A DNA stretch of 64,000 nt. It comes from a virus. Numbering within the stretch: the first letter of the stretch is position 1; each line of letters opens with the position of its first letter. The notes under the pieces were generated by a model that saw only the letters and a list, made by a program, of their open reading frames with translations, ran no database searches and was not told the DNA's origin. The translations under genes and the position numbers were made by a program. Shown piece by piece: positions 21,721 to 31,704 of the stretch. The stretch lies in IMG/VR virus record IMGVR_UViG_3300050821_017219, positions 1 through 64,000 of that record; one strand, written 5' to 3'.

Positions 21721-22896
21721 CTACGGTAACGTCAGTGTTTCCAGATTGCGCATCTCGTAGTAACCTTCAAACCATCTCGCGTAGAGACGATCAAAATAAC
21801 GCTCGTATTTCACCGCGATTGCATCGAGCGAATACAACGACGACGCCTTCAGTTTGATGTTGGCGCGATCAGCTGACGTCAACTTCTGCGCGCGCAACGC
21901 TGCTTCGACAAATTCTCGGTGACTCGCACATCTCCAGCCTTCTTCAACTGTCTGCGTAAAGGCGCCATGGTCTGTCGTGATCGCTGGTGATCCGGCGAGT
22001 TGCGCTTCGACGGCCGTTCCGCCGAAGGGCTCACGAAAGTCGGTGGGGCAGAAGCAAGCGATGGCCCCGCTCATCAACCGCGCGCGCTCGGCGGTATCGG
22101 CGCGGCCGAAGAAGAAGACGTGGTCGTTACGCGAATCGTCGAGAAACTCTTGCCCGACGCCGCCTTGACCGGCGATGATGAGTTTTGCGCCGATGTCGCG
22201 GCAGACGTCGACGGCTACGTTCCATCCTTTGTCAACGATGATACGACCTAAAAAAAGATAATAGTCGCTACCGACGCCTTCGATGAATTCGTTCGCGTCG
22301 TCTGAGATTGGTTTGACGACAAAGTCTTCTAAATCCCAGTAATTCTCACAGACGATCGTGTCGTTATCTGATACCTTGTGACCGGCGGCGCCCATCATCC
22401 ATTCGCGATGCGCATGCGACTCAAAGACACGGTAACGACTGAAGGTACCGTAATACCCTACCCCCGCCTCAACGAAGAAAGGCCCCGTTGCGATGCCAGT
22501 GTGACTGCCAGGGAAAGCCATTGCGATTGGCGCTTGGCAGTTGCCGGACCATGAGCAGATGAAGTCACCCTTGGCGACGCGTAGCTTCAACGCTTCGATG
22601 CAGCGATCGTTGAAGAGCCGCCAGTAAGGCTCATTGGCGTCCCAGCGGAGATCATACAATTTCTGCGGATCGTGTTTACCAAACCAACTTGCGCGTTCAG
22701 CTTCGGAAAGAATATCAACGCATTCGATATCGACGCCGACGTCGGCGCCTTCGTTGGAGTAGAGGATTACTTCATGGCCGCGCGGCGCAAGCATCCCAGC
22801 GAGCTTTAGGATCTTCTGGCTGTAGGCGCAACAATTGAACTCTTTCGTGATTGTCGTATGCGGTAGGCCAAGCAAATGTAGACAGTGCGTTTTCAT
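21721..22896 (-). CDS. GT-B glycosyltransferase (GT4-like)
   Basis: HLLGLPHT N-terminus; LFLGRI...KG; EPFGGTAVEA (E-X7-E); start refined to ATG 22896. Confidence 0.88.
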   Translation of the reverse strand: MKTHCLHLLGLPHTTITKEFNCCAYSQKILKLAGMLAPRGHEVILYSNEGADVGVDIECVDILSEAERASWFGKHDPQKLYDLRWDANEPYWRLFNDRCIEALKLRVAKGDFICSWSGNCQAPIAMAFPGSHTGIATGPFFVEAGVGYYGTFSRYRVFESHAHREWMMGAAGHKVSDNDTIVCENYWDLEDFVVKPISDDANEFIEGVGSDYYLFLGRIIVDKGWNVAVDVCRDIGAKLIIAGQGGVGQEFLDDSRNDHVFFFGRADTAERARLMSGAIACFCPTDFREPFGGTAVEAQLAGSPAITTDHGAFTQTVEEGWRCASHREFVEAALRAQKLTSADRANIKLKASSLYSLDAIAVKYERYFDRLYARWFEGYYEMRNLETLTLP

Positions 22897-22949
22897 TGAC
22901 GACAAGCCTACCGCCGCGTCTGCTTCTCCGCAAGCCGAAAGCGGACGCG

Positions 22950-23366
22950 TCAGTGCAGCAGCTTCAGCAGCGCGTGGATCAAAACGGTTGCAAGCGCAAC
23001 CAAGATGATCGTCGCTGGCTTCTCCGTCACCCGCGCGAGCCACGGCGGCGTCGACGGCCGTTTGGACCGCAGCGGCGTGACGATCGGCAGGGCAACCGGG
23101 GGGATGTTGAACCTTCCGGTCGCCTCCCCTTGCGCTCGCGAGATGGCTTGCTCAAGTTCACGGATGCGTTCGTCGATGGCGTCGTGACGCCTCTCGTCAG
23201 CACTGAGATGCTCGTTGTGACGTTTCTCGGCGAAAGCGCCGTGCTCGGACAGCTGACGGTTGAGCGCACGAAGGTTGATGCCGTCGAAGGTGTCGCGGCG
23301 GCGCTCTTCGAGTAGCTCTCGGATCTGCTCCAAGACCAGGTCGTTGCTGCTCGATCGGTCAGGCAT
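22950..23366 (-). CDS. Coiled-coil protein with C-terminal TM (holin-like candidate)
   Basis: Hydrophobic C-terminus ATIILVALATVLIHALL; near the lysin gene. Confidence 0.45.
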   Translation of the reverse strand: MPDRSSSNDLVLEQIRELLEERRRDTFDGINLRALNRQLSEHGAFAEKRHNEHLSADERRHDAIDERIRELEQAISRAQGEATGRFNIPPVALPIVTPLRSKRPSTPPWLARVTEKPATIILVALATVLIHALLKLLH

Positions 23367-23438
23367 CGAGATGAAATTGTAGCATAATCGGCTACGGATG
23401 CTTAGATTCATCCGCAACCGTGACGTTGCAGTTGGTCG

Positions 23439-23636
23439 ATGCCTCCGAAGTTTCCGTCTGAACCCCCGACGAACCCCGACCTCCGCCGCTTCGCCTGCCC
23501 GGAATGCGCCGGTGTCGGCAGCATTGCATCCGTTGACGAACGCGGCGCCGCTTGCCGACGTGGCTGCGACGCTTGCTTCGGCAAGAAGTGGCTCGACCGG
23601 CAGGGGTACGATCGATGGAGGAAAAACCGTGGATAG
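23439..23636 (+). CDS. Small zinc-finger protein
   Basis: CPECAGVG...CDACFG. Confidence 0.45.
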   Translation: MPPKFPSEPPTNPDLRRFACPECAGVGSIASVDERGAACRRGCDACFGKKWLDRQGYDRWRKNRG

Positions 23637-23844
23637 TTACAGTTTCTTCTTTCGTCGCTGCGTTATCGACTCAGCCTCAAACGTCGGTGGTGGATCAGTA
23701 TCTATCTTCGTCAGAATCCACTGGTAGCGCGTGGTCGCCGCCAACAACGCGAGAGACGCTGCATCTTTCGGCGTAGCACTTCGCGTGTTTGCCCATTCGA
23801 CGCAGAGCTTCAACACCAACGCTTCGGCTTCAAGCAACTGGCGT

Positions 23845-24492
23845 CTACGCATTCACAATAATAGCAGATTTGATCGACCATGTCGGCAGATCGCCAAAGT
23901 TGTCCGGCTGGATGAAGTCGTGGTCGACCTGAACACCGTCGAGCCAAACATCGAGGGGGTAGCCTTGGACGTTGCAGAAGCCTCGCTGCTCCGGCGTAGG
24001 CACGTTCGACCCTGACTTCCAATAGCGCGTCATCTTCAGCGCGTGAAACCACTGCGCCGCCGTCAGAATCGACTGGAAGCCGACGTAGACGCCCGGCTGA
24101 AACCCTGCGGCGGCAACGGCGTCAAACCAGGCGTTGGCGTAGACGATGACGTCGAGACTTGAGCATTCCAGCGAGACGCCTTCGATGTCACACCAGAGAG
24201 TCGTTCCAGCGGCGAAGCCGGCGCGTTGGGCGAAGTTGGCGAGGTTCATCCCGTCGAGCGCGCCCATACCGGCGTTGGGCTTCCAGGGAGGGTAGCGCAC
24301 ATGCCCCGCGCCCATGATCGCCAAACCGGCGTCGATAATGACGTTGAATTCGGCGGGTTGCACGTCGCGCGCGTAGCGAATGACGAAATCGACGCCGTCT
24401 GATTTGAGTTTTTGACAAATCTCCGCCGTCAAGACGGTGTTGCAGTCGATGCCCTTCGCGCCGGGTCGGGCCAATGTTGCGATGGCTGTCAT
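23845..24492 (-). CDS. DUF1906 / Rv2525c-like glycoside hydrolase (putative endolysin)
   Basis: KGIDC...GVDFVIRY...LWCDIEG...AGFQPGVYVG...VDHD TIM-barrel pattern. Confidence 0.75.
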   Translation of the reverse strand: MTAIATLARPGAKGIDCNTVLTAEICQKLKSDGVDFVIRYARDVQPAEFNVIIDAGLAIMGAGHVRYPPWKPNAGMGALDGMNLANFAQRAGFAAGTTLWCDIEGVSLECSSLDVIVYANAWFDAVAAAGFQPGVYVGFQSILTAAQWFHALKMTRYWKSGSNVPTPEQRGFCNVQGYPLDVWLDGVQVDHDFIQPDNFGDLPTWSIKSAIIVNA

Positions 24493-24721
24493 GACACCTT
24501 CTCGAATGACACCTTCTCGAAGAGCCCGAGCGCGATCTCAATGTCTTCGACGAGGGTCGCTGGGGTATTCGTCAAGTCAGTTTCGTCGAACCAAAACCAC
24601 TGCGGGTCATCATTGACCCAAACGCAGACGCCGCACTTCTCATCCCAGAGAAACAAACCGTGGCGCCGCTCGCCAGGCGGAAATTTGGCCGTCAGAAGAC
24701 GAAGAAACTCGTAGGCGTTTG

Positions 24722-24955
24722 TCATTTCCCCAACCAATGGCTGATCCAGCCAGCCGCAATGAGAACTCCACCCGTCACCTCGACGGTCTTCGCGAGGCGC
24801 GCCGCCTTCTCGTCGGCGACGCATTGAATTTTGTCAGCATCTGTCACTTGCGGATTGTTGAGGCAGGGCAAGAACGCACCCTTGCGCAGCGTCAGAAGCA
24901 GACCGGTTCCACCAACAACGGCGCCACCGATGAGCAGAGCCGTCGACACGCGCAT
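24722..24955 (-). CDS. Small two-TM membrane protein
   Basis: Two Gly-rich hydrophobic segments. Confidence 0.55.
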   Translation of the reverse strand: MRVSTALLIGGAVVGGTGLLLTLRKGAFLPCLNNPQVTDADKIQCVADEKAARLAKTVEVTGGVLIAAGWISHWLGK

Positions 24956-25452
24956 CAGACAGGCTTGCCGGCGTTCGCCGCGATGTTCGTCGCGAGGTTG
25001 ACCAGGATAAGCGCGCCCAATCCGATGCCCGCCGTCGCGAAGCCGACGTTGCGATTGGCGGGGGAGACCAGACCGACGACGAAGCCGCCGAGCGCCGTCG
25101 CACCGACGCCGACGCTGCCCCCACCGACTGCTCCGCCGAGGATGTCGACGGGCTTCGCCATCGCCCCTCCGAACGCGCCGAGACCCCCGCCGACCGCGGC
25201 GCCGAGACCGAGGTAGCCGAGGGCGCCACCGATGGCGCTGTTGCTGGTAGGGTTGGCGTAGGCGAGACCGCGGTCGCGACGACGAGAAAGTCGGTGAGAC
25301 ATGTTTCGCTTCTTTTTCTGCTGCTTTGACGCTGCTTTGCGTTGAATGCGGTAGGCGATGGCTGCGGCTTGCGCGGGTGGGTAGCCGTCGCGGCGAAGGG
25401 TCGCGATGTTGCGGCTTCGGGTAGCGTCGCTTGAGCCTCGGAGGAGAGGCAT
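24955..25452 (-). CDS. Basic N-domain, NP motif and Gly-rich TM region; putative virion membrane protein
   Basis: MPLLRG...SRNIATLRRDGYP..QAAAIAY resembles a common small phage domain; RRRDRGLAYANP; three hydrophobic segments. Confidence 0.6.
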   Translation of the reverse strand: MPLLRGSSDATRSRNIATLRRDGYPPAQAAAIAYRIQRKAASKQQKKKRNMSHRLSRRRDRGLAYANPTSNSAIGGALGYLGLGAAVGGGLGAFGGAMAKPVDILGGAVGGGSVGVGATALGGFVVGLVSPANRNVGFATAGIGLGALILVNLATNIAANAGKPV

Positions 25453-25533
25453 GCGTCTACTCTAGCAGCGACGTCGATTCGGCGGTAGAGTCAAGTAGTA
25501 GACATGCGCCGTCAGACGAGACGTTGCTGAGAC

Positions 25534-26271
25534 ATGCTTGACTTCCCCGCCGCCGCCGCTGCACTCTGGGCGATCACCGCTGCGACGGGGGTAAAGCCCG
25601 AGCATCTGTTGCCGCCGTTGTTTTTGGAGAGCGGATTCGATCCGAGCATCCCGAATGCGGCAGGGCAGCCATTTTATGGGATCAACCAGGCATCGACGCA
25701 GCTGATCTCCACCTATGCCGGAGTCGATCCGCAGACGTATCTGACGTGGCCGGCGTCACAGCAGCTCTCGACGGTCGTCAAGGGAATGATCGCAGACATC
25801 GTCCACCGGTACGGTCCGATCCGAAGTGCGACCAGAATGTATCAAGCGAATTTCCTGCCAGCGACGCTACCGACCGCGCGACAGCTTTCGGATGTTCTGA
25901 CGTCGCCGCCGTCACCCTTCTACAATGCCAACTCGGGACTCGACGCGAACCACGACGGCGCCATTACCCTCGGCGACCTCGCGGTAAAGATGACGCAGAT
26001 GGCGCATCGCCCACAGGTGCAGCAGGCGATTCGCGACACCTACGCGGCGCGTGACGGCGCAACCGCTTCGGCGTCAGCTGCGGCATCGCCGACGGACATC
26101 AACGAGATCGTCTACGGCGACGACTTCAGCTTCATGCAGCAAAATCCGACGCTACGAAACGCGTTGGTCGTTGCTGGCATCCTCGCGGTTGGCGGCGGTG
26201 TCATCTACGCCATCGAGACGCGGCGGTTGGATCGATTTATTCTACCGAAGCGAAACCGACGTCGCCGTTGA
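25534..26271 (+). CDS. Lysozyme-like/lytic transglycosylase with C-terminal membrane anchor
   Basis: LFLESGFDP catalytic Glu, YGINQ, LDANHDGAIT; TM followed by RRRR tail. Confidence 0.7.
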   Translation: MLDFPAAAAALWAITAATGVKPEHLLPPLFLESGFDPSIPNAAGQPFYGINQASTQLISTYAGVDPQTYLTWPASQQLSTVVKGMIADIVHRYGPIRSATRMYQANFLPATLPTARQLSDVLTSPPSPFYNANSGLDANHDGAITLGDLAVKMTQMAHRPQVQQAIRDTYAARDGATASASAAASPTDINEIVYGDDFSFMQQNPTLRNALVVAGILAVGGGVIYAIETRRLDRFILPKRNRRRR

Positions 26272-26304
26272 ATCGATTCATCTAAAAGAATCTGAGAATC
26301 ACAA

Positions 26305-27858
26305 ATGGCCGGAACACTCATCGTTCGTCGAGCTCGCGTCGTCACCAACGTCGGCTCGGGTAGCGGCAACGGCGCAACCGGCGCAACTGGACCGGGCGGA
26401 GGCGCGACTGGACCGACGGGGGCGACAGGTGCAACCGGGGCCGTCGGCGCATCAGGTGCCACGGGTGCTTTCGGTGTCACCGGCGCTACGGGGCCGACCG
26501 CACGCACGCCGCTTGGCGCAGTCAGATTCATCGATCCATCCAACTCATCTGGCCTGGCGTCAGACAGCAACAACGGCGCAACCAACGTAACGCCAATTCT
26601 GACGACAGCGCATCTCAATAACCTTCTGTTCTTCAAATCGCTGACGGCCAATACGACGATTACGTATATGAGCGACGATCTTAGCGGCGTTGGGTTGGAT
26701 TATTCAACGATGGCGTTGGGCAATTTCAACTTGACGTTTCAGATGACGCCGGTCGTTACGCATACGGGTGGAACGCTCAACGCCGGCACGGTCGCGATCA
26801 ATCCGTTGGCGGCGTCTGGCGGTCAACGCCAAGTCGTTCATACTTCCGACGTTGTGACGTTCAATCCGTTTGTCTTTACAGGATTGGGCGGAGCGTCGGC
26901 GCATCCACAACGACTCGTCGCGACGAGTGGAGGCGACGTCAATACTGGCGCGTGGATCGTCTCAGCAACAACCCCAGCTTCGCCGTCGATGTCTCGGTCA
27001 ATCACGCCTGGTGGAACCAACGGCAATCTAACGATTGGCGACACCTACAAGATTCAGCGTGGGGGGATCATCAACGTCACGCAAGGCCAACCTCCCACAC
27101 AAGACGCCGGGCCGTCTGGAGGTGGCGGTGGTCTAGTGTTCTTCAACGACGCCGCCTTTGGCCTAACGAGCTGGGGCATCGGAGGTATACAATACGCCCG
27201 ATGTAGCTTTGAGAATTCACTTGTCGTTGCTGCGGGTCTTACCGATTGCTTCGTCGGCGCTGGTATTATCGAGATTCTACCGATTGGATCTATCTCGATG
27301 ACAGCCGGTGTTCTTGTGACGACTATCTTCGATTTACTTCATTCGTCCATTAGTTTTGCTGACGATACGTACATCACCGGATCAGCCTTTATTCTTTCGG
27401 GCAACGTCTATGGTAGCGTAACGGCTCTGCCAGGTAGTGGTAACGGGATTCAAATCCAAGATATGACGAACCCTACCGGCGCGCTCATCGTTTTGACCGC
27501 CATCCCGTTTGCGAATCAGACGGGGTCGCCGTCGAACCCGCTCATCTGGGGAAACGGTAACGTCGGACCGGGTATCACGATCGGACCGGGAGCGTGTATC
27601 ACGGTGGCTGACGAGGTTGGGGTTGTACCGAGCGTCACCGGAACCGGCGGAGACTTCGCATTCATCGCCGAAAATAGCGGACCGCTTGTGACGGTAGCGC
27701 GCGCTTGGAACAACGCGACGGGCGCCTACACGGAAGCGGGGGGCGTTGCGACCAGAACGACGACCTGGGCGCATTTCGCTGCTAGTATCTCCCCCGGTGG
27801 CGGTTTTCTCTTTCAAGCGCATAACGTAGCGACAGCAGCGTCAATCATTGCGGTCTGA
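26305..27858 (+). CDS. Collagen-like fibre protein 5
   Basis: TLIVRRARV N-motif; GAT repeats; FIDPSN...ASDSNNG..P spike-like motif. Confidence 0.75.
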   Translation: MAGTLIVRRARVVTNVGSGSGNGATGATGPGGGATGPTGATGATGAVGASGATGAFGVTGATGPTARTPLGAVRFIDPSNSSGLASDSNNGATNVTPILTTAHLNNLLFFKSLTANTTITYMSDDLSGVGLDYSTMALGNFNLTFQMTPVVTHTGGTLNAGTVAINPLAASGGQRQVVHTSDVVTFNPFVFTGLGGASAHPQRLVATSGGDVNTGAWIVSATTPASPSMSRSITPGGTNGNLTIGDTYKIQRGGIINVTQGQPPTQDAGPSGGGGGLVFFNDAAFGLTSWGIGGIQYARCSFENSLVVAAGLTDCFVGAGIIEILPIGSISMTAGVLVTTIFDLLHSSISFADDTYITGSAFILSGNVYGSVTALPGSGNGIQIQDMTNPTGALIVLTAIPFANQTGSPSNPLIWGNGNVGPGITIGPGACITVADEVGVVPSVTGTGGDFAFIAENSGPLVTVARAWNNATGAYTEAGGVATRTTTWAHFAASISPGGGFLFQAHNVATAASIIAV

Positions 27859-27872
27859 AAAGGAGACTAAAA

Positions 27873-28280
27873 ATGTTCAAGCAAAGCTATCCAATACCGG
27901 CGCCTACCTACTTCTCGGCATCGTCGGCTCAACCGTTCAATCTTGTCCTAAACCTAGCGACCGGGCCTAATCCGATTCCAGTCGCAGCGACACAAGCTCG
28001 GATGCTCATTATCAAAGCTAAGTTCATATTCTTATGCCCTACCCCAGCCAATTCTGGCGCGGACGGCTGGGACGATTTGGTGTTTACGGTAATATCCGGT
28101 TCAACGCTGAGCGTCTCAACGCACAACACCGGCGGCGGTGGCGGATTCTCTAATGCAATAGCAGCTGCTTCGATCAATGCTAACGGAGACTTGCAGATCA
28201 GTCTCGGGTCGGCAGGTGGCGTAACCCCGTATGATATTTGGTTTGAAGTCGACGAGATGACACTATATGGCGATACTTGA
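27873..28280 (+). CDS. Beta-rich putative virion protein
   Basis: AGGAG SD; follows fibre 5. Confidence 0.55.
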   Translation: MFKQSYPIPAPTYFSASSAQPFNLVLNLATGPNPIPVAATQARMLIIKAKFIFLCPTPANSGADGWDDLVFTVISGSTLSVSTHNTGGGGGFSNAIAAASINANGDLQISLGSAGGVTPYDIWFEVDEMTLYGDT

Positions 28281-28290
28281 ATCGCGACGT

Positions 28291-29529
28291 TTATTTGACG
28301 CGCAATTCTTTGCGTTCGCCAGATTCGATACAGCCTAGTTTTTTCAACTTCTCAATCATTCGGCCGCCTTCGAGTTGGCCGAGCGCGCGTATGATGCTGG
28401 CCTGGCTAAGATTCGTGAATGGCCGCGAAACGAAATCGACCGGTCTTCCGTCTGGTCTGATCGCCTCGCCGTTTTGACGAATCCAAGCGCGAATTTCGGC
28501 GTCGATGACGTCGGCCATCGATTCAAATCGTTTCTTCATCTCCGACAGCTTTTGATGCGCCGCGCCGACATCTTCAGCCGTTTGAAGTTGCTTTCCATTT
28601 CGTAATTCAATCAAGGCTGGCTGATTGACTGGACATGCCGAGAATGTCTGGCAGTAGCGGCAGTAGAAGTCGGGCCGAATGAAGCCACTGTCGCGTCGAC
28701 TTTCGGCTTCTTTCAATGCGTCGGCGTGTCGATTCAAGTCGTCTGAATCTAATGTGTCGGCGTAAACCGTCGGCGTCATACCAGCTGGCGCATGCATGAA
28801 AGCGATGATCGCGAAGTCAGCTTCATAGAGACGCGTCGCAGCCAACGCCAATGTCTTCAGCTGGCCTGACTCCATCGGCGAGCCGACGTCGAAGCCGCTC
28901 TTGTGGTCTAACACCAAGACGTAGCTACGTTGGCGATACATACCGACGCCAAGCAGGTCGATGGCGCCTGGAATCTCGTGCGTCTGACGGTCGCGATACT
29001 CGTGAGTGTCACTCGTTGGCGGATCGCATCGACGCGCTTCGCCGGTTTCGATGTTGTAGGCGATCGTCTCTTCGTAGGAGAGACGCCATGTTTTCACTTG
29101 AAAATTGATTCGCCACGGATTCTCTCCGCCAAGCCACGCGCGTAGGATTGGAAGAGCAGCTTCGACGCGTTCGCCGACGGCTTTCGCATCGACGTCGAAT
29201 TTGGCTGCGGTCGTCTTCAAGGTTGTAGCTGCGTCTCTGCCTCGTTTTCTTTTGAGGCGAGACTCTAAGACGGCATGAAAGGCAGAACCGAAACGCGCAG
29301 GCTCGCCGACTTCGTTGTCAGTTTGAGGCTTACCCCACGGAAACGAGCAGCCGAGGAAGCGATCTGTTTTCGACGCGGTTGGCTCAACCACCACCGGCGC
29401 GACGTCGATAGCATATGCTTCAGGAAGTCGGCAGTAGGGAAGCGATGACGGTTCGATGGTTTTGGCGGCATCTAAGGCGGCGAGACTCTCCATCAATTCT
29501 CGCGAAGCCGCTTCGACGCGTTTCTTCAC
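28291..29529 (-). CDS. Cas4-like PD-(D/E)XK exonuclease
   Basis: GSAFH; GAIDLL...LDHKSG...QL..LA; CRYC...CP cluster. Confidence 0.8.
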   Translation of the reverse strand: MKKRVEAASRELMESLAALDAAKTIEPSSLPYCRLPEAYAIDVAPVVVEPTASKTDRFLGCSFPWGKPQTDNEVGEPARFGSAFHAVLESRLKRKRGRDAATTLKTTAAKFDVDAKAVGERVEAALPILRAWLGGENPWRINFQVKTWRLSYEETIAYNIETGEARRCDPPTSDTHEYRDRQTHEIPGAIDLLGVGMYRQRSYVLVLDHKSGFDVGSPMESGQLKTLALAATRLYEADFAIIAFMHAPAGMTPTVYADTLDSDDLNRHADALKEAESRRDSGFIRPDFYCRYCQTFSACPVNQPALIELRNGKQLQTAEDVGAAHQKLSEMKKRFESMADVIDAEIRAWIRQNGEAIRPDGRPVDFVSRPFTNLSQASIIRALGQLEGGRMIEKLKKLGCIESGERKELRVK

Positions 29530-29542
29530 GACGCCGTCTCCA

Positions 29543-29965
29543 TCAGCCGCATCGCCTCGTAGATTCGCTTCGCCTGTCTACCAGATCGAAAGCGTCGTCG
29601 ACGGCGGCTTTCAGCGCTTCCCAGGTCTCGCGCGTGTGATCGACTGAGGCGAGGCGCAGGGTCGGCGGGAAGGGCCCGTGGGCGTGCGGCGCGGGCGTCT
29701 CTTCGTCGACGGCCTGGTCGACGAGCACGGCGAGCTCGACGGGCGCCGTGCGGCCCGGGAGCACGGCCCGGACCGACAGCGTGCGATCGCGCACGCGCCA
29801 TTCGCGGGCCAGGTACCCGCGAATGTGCCAATCGGCGATCCGCAAGCACCCATCGGGCGCGACGGCGATCGCGCCCGCCTGGACGACGGCGACGCCGGCG
29901 GCGCCGAGCAGCTCCGCGCAGACGCGCGCCGCGAGGGCCTCGTCGAAGGGCTTCAGGACGGCCAC
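29543..29965 (-). CDS. Hypothetical protein (paralog A)
   Basis: GTG start after AAAGG; C-terminal TRETWEALKAAVDDAFD. Confidence 0.5.
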   Translation of the reverse strand: MAVLKPFDEALAARVCAELLGAAGVAVVQAGAIAVAPDGCLRIADWHIRGYLAREWRVRDRTLSVRAVLPGRTAPVELAVLVDQAVDEETPAPHAHGPFPPTLRLASVDHTRETWEALKAAVDDAFDLVDRRSESTRRCG

Positions 29966-30128
29966 CCTTTCGAGAGAAAGCCGACGAGGTAGACGAGGCC
30001 CATGCCCCACACGGTGGCCGTCGCCCAGGGCGGCCACTTGTCGCCCTGGCCGAGCGTGTAGCCGGCGGCGAAGCTGAGCGAGGCGCACGCGACCGCCCCG
30101 GCGACCGCCCCCGTGCGTCGGCCGGCGT

Positions 30129-30524
30129 TCATGGCGACGGCCACTTTCCCTCGAACGCGTCGAAGGCCCGATCGACCGCCCGCTTGACCGTTTCCCAGTC
30201 GGCGCGCGTGAGGTCGCGGAGGTCCACGAGCGTGACGCGCGGCGGGTCGTCAAAGACGCCGGCGCGGTTCGAGTGCTGCGCGACCGTGCCGAGGTGCGTG
30301 GTGGGGGGGCGGTCTCCGAACACCACGAAGGATGCCCGGCGCACGCGGTCGAGCCGCTCGGATTCGACGAGCTCGAGCTCGATCGCCGGGGCGTCGGAGG
30401 GGTTCGAGACGCTGTGCACGGCGTCGGGCGGGGGCGGGGTGTGGACCATGGGAAATCCGTGGAGGAAAAGGTTGATTGCATCCCAGTCGATGATGCATCG
30501 CTGGGCGGGCGGCGGCTGACGCAT
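30129..30524 (-). CDS. Hypothetical protein (paralog B)
   Basis: C-terminal TRADWETVKRAVDRAFD. Confidence 0.5.
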   Translation of the reverse strand: MRQPPPAQRCIIDWDAINLFLHGFPMVHTPPPPDAVHSVSNPSDAPAIELELVESERLDRVRRASFVVFGDRPPTTHLGTVAQHSNRAGVFDDPPRVTLVDLRDLTRADWETVKRAVDRAFDAFEGKWPSP

Positions 30525-31066
30525 GTTTAACCGTGCCGTCCGTTGGCGGCCTTGCCGGTCTTTCTCATCCCGAACGACCGATTGACCCCCGAGGGGCGCG
30601 CGAGGCCGAGCCCAGCTCGTCAGCCTGATCGGCGGACTCAACGAGCATTCTGGCAAGCTCGCGCGCGTCGCGAGATGAAAGAAGCGTCTCTATGGCGGTG
30701 TGATCCGACTGAGAATCGACGAGAAGGCGTACGACGTTCCCCGGTGACGGCCCGACGAGTGATCTAACCACCACTTCAAACATCGTCTTCATTTGCGGCT
30801 CACCACCGGCGCTTCGTCGACGGAGACGCGCGCATCAGCATCCACCATTGGGATTTCGACGACGCTCACGATGCTGCCGACGCCGTTCATCCACTGCTTC
30901 GCGTTGCTCGATGCACCGGCCGACGTGGCAGCGTAGACGATTACTTTGCGTTCGATCGTCACCTCCCACCGTCTAACCTTCGATGCTGCTTCCGTCGTCG
31001 TTTCGTCGGTCATTTCGACGTCTCCCTTCGGTCTCCCACTTGCTGAGTCACAACCGTCACGGTAGT

Positions 31067-31109
31067 GTCTGCTTGTCGTTTCGTGCTGCCCGACTTAGTC
31101 TAAGCAGAC
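31067..31109. promoter_or_regulatory. Inverted GTCTGCTT/AAGCAGAC pair in the divergent control region
   Basis: 31067-31074 and 31102-31109 lie between leftward (31013) and rightward (31142) genes. Confidence 0.4.
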
Positions 31110-31326
31110 GCGGCAGTAACGCAAGCGAAAAGGCGGCTAGAATGAAAAACGTATCGACTGAAAAAGTCGACGAGTTGTTTCGTGCGGTCGAAGCGCATCT
31201 CGCGCAAGCGCCGGATTTGGCGGATCGGCTAGAGGCGGAGCTTCAGCATCATCTCGCCCGCGCGCGAGAAATCGAGACGGCGCTCGTTCATATACGACCG
31301 ATTGCCCTTGCGCATCGAAGCCGTCG

Positions 31327-31704
31327 ATGACGAAGCGCATCCTCGTCGTCGGGGGTCGCTCCTTCAAAGACTGGCGTCTCCTGTTTCGCATCCTCGGCGA
31401 GATCAAGGCAGCGCTCGACGAGAAGCCCGTCATCGTCACCTGGAACGCCATCGGCGAGAAGACCGACGGCGCCGTTAGGCTGGCGCGGAAGTTCGCGCGT
31501 GAGAACGACCTGCTTTGGGTCGAGAATCTCTTCGCGGAGCTACAGCTTGTCGTCGCCTTCCCGGGGGCCGGCACAGAGCGAGCGCTGCAGCATGCATGGC
31601 GCAAGCGCATCCCGGCGCTGAAGGTCTTCGCCGACGGCAACGTCATCGTCGTCGGAAGTAGCTGCAAACAATTCTTTGCGACACGGAAGGCGGCACCACG
31701 ATGA
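31327..31704 (+). CDS. SLOG/YspA-like (DUF2493) protein 1
   Basis: ILVVGGRSF; VVAFPGAGT. Confidence 0.7.
   Translation: MTKRILVVGGRSFKDWRLLFRILGEIKAALDEKPVIVTWNAIGEKTDGAVRLARKFARENDLLWVENLFAELQLVVAFPGAGTERALQHAWRKRIPALKVFADGNVIVVGSSCKQFFATRKAAPR

Noticed and set aside
13656-26490. GGCGCNACN-type tandem DNA repeats as a possible CRISPR array or VNTR
   Set aside because: They are synonymous-variable codons for Gly-Ala-Thr collagen triplets; there is no repeat-spacer structure.
28291-29529. Cas4-like gene as evidence of CRISPR-Cas
   Set aside because: No cas1/cas2 or array; solo Cas4-like nucleases are common phage recombination genes.
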